From the IMG/VR virus record IMGVR_UViG_3300010160_000003, positions 36,391 to 100,390 of that record: a stretch of 64,000 nt of DNA. The stretch is one strand, 5' to 3'. The notes beneath the pieces are model-generated. The model had not been told where the DNA came from and made no database searches. It saw only the letters and a list, made by a program, of their open reading frames with translations. Both the position numbers and the translations under genes were made by a program. The stretch's first letter is position 1. Every line of letters starts with the position of its first letter. This document shows positions 59,591 to 64,000 of the stretch, one piece after another. Source of the DNA: a virus.

Positions 59591-61624
59591 CTAATATAAT
59601 TTAATCTCACAAGCATCTGTTGAGCAGTATTTTTCTGATTCTGCATCTAAATTATCTTTTCCATCATAAATTGCAGACCAATCAATCTTTCCAATTGTTC
59701 CAACGTAAGAGTTGTACTCTTCCCTGGTAATCTCTGTATAAGGCTGTTGGAGATATGTTTTGTTTCCCATTGGAAGAAATGAGACTGCCTTTAGTTGACC
59801 CTCATACATATTTAAGGCTGGAGCAATAAACTTTGTTTCTTCTTCTTTGTCAAATGAAAGCGTAACAGAAACTCCATTGTCAGACCAATACTTCTGTGCT
59901 GTTGCTGCCAAACCAATTTTTTCAAATAGACTAACTTGCTTTTCAGAACGTTTGTGTCCTGATGCAACTGGGAAGTAAACTACTGAGGTATTTGCTGATA
60001 CAACATCGTCTTCAACTTTATATCCCGCCGCTTTAAATAAATAAATCATTGGATCGGTATTGCCAAAACGAATAGCACGAAGATAAAACTCTCCACCAGG
60101 ACCCCAATGAACTCCAGGTGTTGCCCCAGATAAAAGAGAAACAGATCCTGAAGGTTTAACGGTAGTTACACGAACGGATTCACGAACACATAGCCACTCT
60201 GAATACTTGTGGTCATAGTGACGAATCTTATTATATCCCTCATCCATCCACTCACGCAATGCTGGTAGACCGCTAGTGTCTGCAAAAGATGCAATGCCTG
60301 TTAGGGATGTTCCAATGCGACGATTTCTTTGCATAATGCCATTTGTCTGTTGCCAATGTGTTGGCATTAACGTTACAGTCTTTCCATACAAATATGCAAA
60401 CTTTAGTGTCTTAAGGAAGTCCTCTTTAGACTCATGACGATTTAAATGCACTTCTACAAGTGTGCAAAGTTCATAAGATTCTAAGGGTTGTTCAGCACAT
60501 GGATTAAATCCCATAATTCTGGAATCTTTATAATCTGGTGCATCTTTTAATCTTCCGTATTCTCTTGCTACATCTAACCAAATAAATCCTGGCTCTCCGT
60601 TGTCTGCAATTAAATCTACATAGTCTTCATATTTTGTTCCAACTGTTGCTGAAATAGAATTATTAGACATCCAAGCCCAGCCTGGTTTTTCTGGATCATA
60701 AGAGTTTCTTTCTGGAAACACTTCTGGGTTTTTAAGATTAATAAAACCTTCATCTTCTGCTGCGCCAAGTGCAAGGGTAGCAGAACGACGAACATTTCCA
60801 GAAACAACACATGTCCCAATTAAATTTACTAAGTCAACAATTGCACGGCTATCTAATAGTTCCCCCGCCCTAGAGCCAATTACATTTCTAATACGTGTAT
60901 GTAGTTCAATTAGTGGTGCTGGACCGCTGGCTACCCCTCCAAAGCCTTTAATGGGTGATCCTAGAGGACGGATAAGGTCATAGGTAAACTCTTGAATAGA
61001 CTGGTTTTGACGGAGGTATGAATTTATTAAATACCGCACAGATTCAACCCAACCCTCACGAGTATCTGGTATTTCATAAACTACTGCTGGCTCTGTAGGT
61101 GCATAAATAGACATTTGTTTGTCTTGGCCAAGGGTATCAAATCCAACTCCAATACCCAGCATTAATGCATCCATTACCCAAGCAAATAATGCACCAGGAT
61201 CATTACGATCAATATCTCTGGTTGAAACCATTGCACAATTTTGAAGGGATGCTGAATTACGCTTCTCCATAGTCATAGGAGTTCCAAATGCCCAAAGACC
61301 ACGACCTGGTGGTGTCCATTTTAATTCAAACATTCTTTGAAAGGCTTCTTGGGCAGACTTCTGAGCCTTGTTATCATTCCAAGGTAGACGATTGTCTTTA
61401 GCATGATTTTTTTGAACTGAATACATACCCTCAATTACACGACGACAAACTTCATGCCAGCGTTCTTTTGTCCCGTCTTCTTTAACACGAGAATATGTAC
61501 GAATAAATGTAACCTCTCCTAATGAGTTAGACCCTGCATCTGAAAATCCAAATGGTGCTGGGATGGTTTGATATTTATTTACAAATTCTTCTGATAGACG
61601 AAACGAGAATATGGTTTCTGACAT
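59591..61624 (-). CDS. nrdJ: Class II (adenosylcobalamin-dependent) ribonucleotide reductase
   Basis: TPPGRGLW, LQNC, GNVRRSA, NPCAEQ, TTVKPSG, C-terminal CSTDAC. Confidence 0.93.
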   Translation of the reverse strand: MSETIFSFRLSEEFVNKYQTIPAPFGFSDAGSNSLGEVTFIRTYSRVKEDGTKERWHEVCRRVIEGMYSVQKNHAKDNRLPWNDNKAQKSAQEAFQRMFELKWTPPGRGLWAFGTPMTMEKRNSASLQNCAMVSTRDIDRNDPGALFAWVMDALMLGIGVGFDTLGQDKQMSIYAPTEPAVVYEIPDTREGWVESVRYLINSYLRQNQSIQEFTYDLIRPLGSPIKGFGGVASGPAPLIELHTRIRNVIGSRAGELLDSRAIVDLVNLIGTCVVSGNVRRSATLALGAAEDEGFINLKNPEVFPERNSYDPEKPGWAWMSNNSISATVGTKYEDYVDLIADNGEPGFIWLDVAREYGRLKDAPDYKDSRIMGFNPCAEQPLESYELCTLVEVHLNRHESKEDFLKTLKFAYLYGKTVTLMPTHWQQTNGIMQRNRRIGTSLTGIASFADTSGLPALREWMDEGYNKIRHYDHKYSEWLCVRESVRVTTVKPSGSVSLLSGATPGVHWGPGGEFYLRAIRFGNTDPMIYLFKAAGYKVEDDVVSANTSVVYFPVASGHKRSEKQVSLFEKIGLAATAQKYWSDNGVSVTLSFDKEEETKFIAPALNMYEGQLKAVSFLPMGNKTYLQQPYTEITREEYNSYVGTIGKIDWSAIYDGKDNLDAESEKYCSTDACEIKLY

Positions 61625-61833
61625 TTATGGTATACCTTTCACAGTAAAATTATAGGAGTACTTCGTAATTTGTGAAGTAGTCTTAAGTATAGCATAACTT
61701 TAAAAAGAAAAATACGCTCAATAAGGGTATGTAAACCTTTACTTTAGACTTAGAACTTTGTTAGTTTAAAAGTTCTAGTCTTAATAAGCAGTCCCGCGTA
61801 AGCGGAACTATTCAGTTAAAAGTGTGTTTACTA

Positions 61834-62136
61834 TTAGTTAACTTGTGATTGCATCACTGCAAGAATTGCAGCAGCCTTAGCACCTTCAACAATTTCAGTT
61901 TTAAGTAAGTTAGTTACTTGGTCAAATTGTTGTAGAATTGCTAAACGTTCTAGTCTATCCATTGGGCATTGACGAGCAGCATCTTGACTTTCTATCCCTT
62001 TAAGATGAATTAAATCAGCATCCCAGTCACCATCTAATGTTGCAAGTAATGCTTTGTAGTTAGTAACATTTGCAGCATAAGAATTAACCTCCACTTGACG
62101 AGCCTCTAAGTGTGTTATTTGTATTTCTTGTGTCAT
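61834..62136 (-). CDS. Hypothetical helical protein
   Basis: ORF track; AAGGAG RBS; follows the propeller gene. Confidence 0.65.
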   Translation of the reverse strand: MTQEIQITHLEARQVEVNSYAANVTNYKALLATLDGDWDADLIHLKGIESQDAARQCPMDRLERLAILQQFDQVTNLLKTEIVEGAKAAAILAVMQSQVN

Positions 62137-62158
62137 TGTATTTCTCCTTTGTTAGTAG

Positions 62159-63172
62159 TTAATTAAAACTTACACTTGTTCCACTACCAGTAGGCAAAGT
62201 TACTGGATTTGTATATTTAGTACCGAAGCCAGCCGACCATGGATACACTTGAATAAATGGAGTTAAAACACTTGTAATTGCTATAGTATTACCTTTACGA
62301 TTAAAAGCAATCGTAGTTCCATTTGATCCAGGAACTACTGCGGGGTTTGCATACTTTGTACCAAAACCTGCTGACCATGGATAAGCAGAAACATAAGGAG
62401 TAGTCGAATGTCCAACTGCTATATTTGTACCTATGGGGTCAAAAGCAACGCACAAACCAGGGTCTGCTACTGGTAAGGTTGCTGGGTCTGAATACTTTGT
62501 ACCAAAACCTGCTGACCATGGATAAGCAGAAATAAATGGTGTTGTATAGTGAGCAACCGCAATAACAGTACCAGCGGAATTGAAAGTTACAGAATTACCA
62601 TTACCAGCAGGTAACGTGGCAGGGTTTGCATACTTTGTACCAAAACCTGCTGACCATGGATAAGCAGAAACATAAGGAGTAGTCGAATGAGCAACCGCTA
62701 CATTATTATTTCCAGAACTAAATGCAATACCTAAACAATTTCCAGTAGGCAAGGTTGCTGGGTCTGAATACTTTGTACCAAAACCTGCTGACCATGGATA
62801 AGCAGAAACATAAGGAGTAGTGATGTGTGCTACTGCAATAGAAGAAACTGTAGAATCAAAATCAATTGAACGAGCACTTCCAGTAGGCAAGGTTACTGGG
62901 TCTGAATACTTTGTACCAAAACCTGAACTCCAAGGATAAGCAAGAATATAAGTACCACTATTACTGGCAATTGCAAGAACAGTACCAGTAGGGTTAAAAG
63001 TTATACCATTACTAGTGTCAGAAGGTAATGTAGCGGGATTAGAATATTTACTACCAAACCCTGAAGACCAAGGGTAAACACTTACGTAAGGGCTAGTACC
63101 GTGTCCTACTGCAATTATATCAGGGGTTGCAGTATAAAAACTGCCAATAAATCCATTAATTGTACCTGTCAT
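62159..63172 (-). CDS. Seven-bladed beta-propeller repeat protein (putative receptor-binding/lectin)
   Basis: Seven ~46-aa repeats IAV.H.TTPY.SAYPWSAGFGTKY(S/A)(D/N)PATLP. Confidence 0.8.
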   Translation of the reverse strand: MTGTINGFIGSFYTATPDIIAVGHGTSPYVSVYPWSSGFGSKYSNPATLPSDTSNGITFNPTGTVLAIASNSGTYILAYPWSSGFGTKYSDPVTLPTGSARSIDFDSTVSSIAVAHITTPYVSAYPWSAGFGTKYSDPATLPTGNCLGIAFSSGNNNVAVAHSTTPYVSAYPWSAGFGTKYANPATLPAGNGNSVTFNSAGTVIAVAHYTTPFISAYPWSAGFGTKYSDPATLPVADPGLCVAFDPIGTNIAVGHSTTPYVSAYPWSAGFGTKYANPAVVPGSNGTTIAFNRKGNTIAITSVLTPFIQVYPWSAGFGTKYTNPVTLPTGSGTSVSFN

Positions 63173-63999
63173 TATGTTAATCCATTTCCACTAATAATCC
63201 AAGTGGTTGATGCAATTTTAACAGCAGTTGCAATACCAAAAGCAGCAAGTGTTCTTGAACCAGCAGTTCCTATACCTGCTAAATACATAGTATCTGTTGT
63301 AATAGCAATAGTTACGGTTGCACCAGAACCTGCAACAAAAGTAATTGTTGTTCCAACTGGTAATGCTAAGTTAGCATTTGAATCAATTGTAATTGTACGA
63401 GTTGCTGTTGAATAAATATGTTTACCAGCATCTGCGGCTGCAACTGTAGCGGCACCCGTAGTTGCTGTTACTTGTGGCATACCCATATATCCAGCACCAG
63501 ATGCAGCAGTACTTGTAGTACCTGCTGCTGGTGTGATGGTTGGACTTGTTCCAAACACCAAAGAACCTGACCCTGTTTCATCTGTAACTGCTGAAATTAA
63601 ATTAGCAGAAGAGGGTGTACCAAGGAAGGTTGCTACACCAGTACCAAGTGAAGTGATACCAGTACCACCATTTGCTACTGGAAGTGTGCCAGTTACTCCA
63701 GTTGTTAGTGGCAGACCAGTAGCGTTGGTCAAGGTACCTGAAGTTGGTGTGCCTAAGACTGGAGTTACAAACGTTGGAGATGTAGCAAATACTAGCGACC
63801 CAGTACCAGTCTCGTCTGAGATAACACCTGCTAGTTGAGCAGAAGTGGTTGCTGCAAATTGTGCTAGGGTTCCTGAAGTAAGACCTAATCCAGTTGTAGG
63901 GTGAACGTGGTCTGACCTAGCAGGAACAGTTGCAGTACCTGCTGAGGCTGAAGCGGCCAAAGCCGTACCTGTAGTAGCCGTTAATAGTGAACCAGCAAG
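63172..63999 (-). CDS. Tail fibre-like Gly/Thr/Ala-rich protein (5' truncated by window)
   Basis: Frame is open to the window end; duplicated DETG(T/S)GSLVF(A/G)TSPT motif, [10 protein letters not shown]-terminal WIISGNGLT. Confidence 0.7.
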   Translation of the reverse strand, partial: LAGSLLTATTGTALAASASAGTATVPARSDHVHPTTGLGLTSGTLAQFAATTSAQLAGVISDETGTGSLVFATSPTFVTPVLGTPTSGTLTNATGLPLTTGVTGTLPVANGGTGITSLGTGVATFLGTPSSANLISAVTDETGSGSLVFGTSPTITPAAGTTSTAASGAGYMGMPQVTATTGAATVAAADAGKHIYSTATRTITIDSNANLALPVGTTITFVAGSGATVTIAITTDTMYLAGIGTAGSRTLAAFGIATAVKIASTTWIISGNGLT

Positions 64000-64000
64000 G

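Noticed and set aside
21837-61624. Inteins, introns or stop-codon reassignment in dnaE, dnaB, recA, terL or nrdJ
   Set aside because: Lengths are normal, no intein C/S...HN motifs were seen, and ORFs are intact with all three stop codons in use.
62200-63080. Regularly spaced ~40-nt identical repeats resembling a CRISPR array or DGR template/variable pair
   Set aside because: Period is 138-141 nt and in frame within a protein, the intervening sequences are homologous to each other, differences are not adenine-specific, and there is no cas1 or reverse transcriptase in the window.

Overview
This window is a 64-kb segment of a large, low-GC tailed phage (siphovirus-like). The WhiB, FmdB-type zinc ribbon, DnaE-type polymerase and acI-style surface proteins suggest it infects freshwater low-GC Actinobacteria (inference), with an architecture resembling large Streptomyces siphoviruses. 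Almost all genes are on the minus strand. Reading that strand from the right end: tail-fibre and beta-propeller genes, class II ribonucleotide reductase, a large virion protein, portal, prohead protease/scaffold, major capsid, head-tail connectors, major tail protein, two paralogous tail chaperones, a 3150-aa tape measure and minor tail proteins. Then come a replication/recombination block (DnaB, primase, SSB, DnaE, MazG, RecA, resolvases, Cas4-like nuclease), the terminase, two secreted surface proteins, an HslV-like peptidase, Hsp20, HNH, CHAP endolysin, nuclease, thioredoxin, WhiB, a GT60 glycosyltransferase and a holin. A convergent plus-strand glycosyltransferase cluster lies at the left end. 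Main observations: (1) a HipA/PI3K-like kinase domain embedded in the tape measure protein; (2) the usual G/GT frameshift apparently replaced by a gene duplication with different translation signals; (3) a scaffold-like C-terminal W-x-G-x(0-2)-F peptide on two distant small proteins, suggesting capsid cargo loading; (4) an orphan ~90-nt structured RNA with its own promoter; (5) a ROSE-like thermometer on hsp20; (6) an RBS-occluding hairpin switched by promoter choice; (7) many extended -10 and leaderless promoters. All calls come from reading motifs by eye; no database searches were run.
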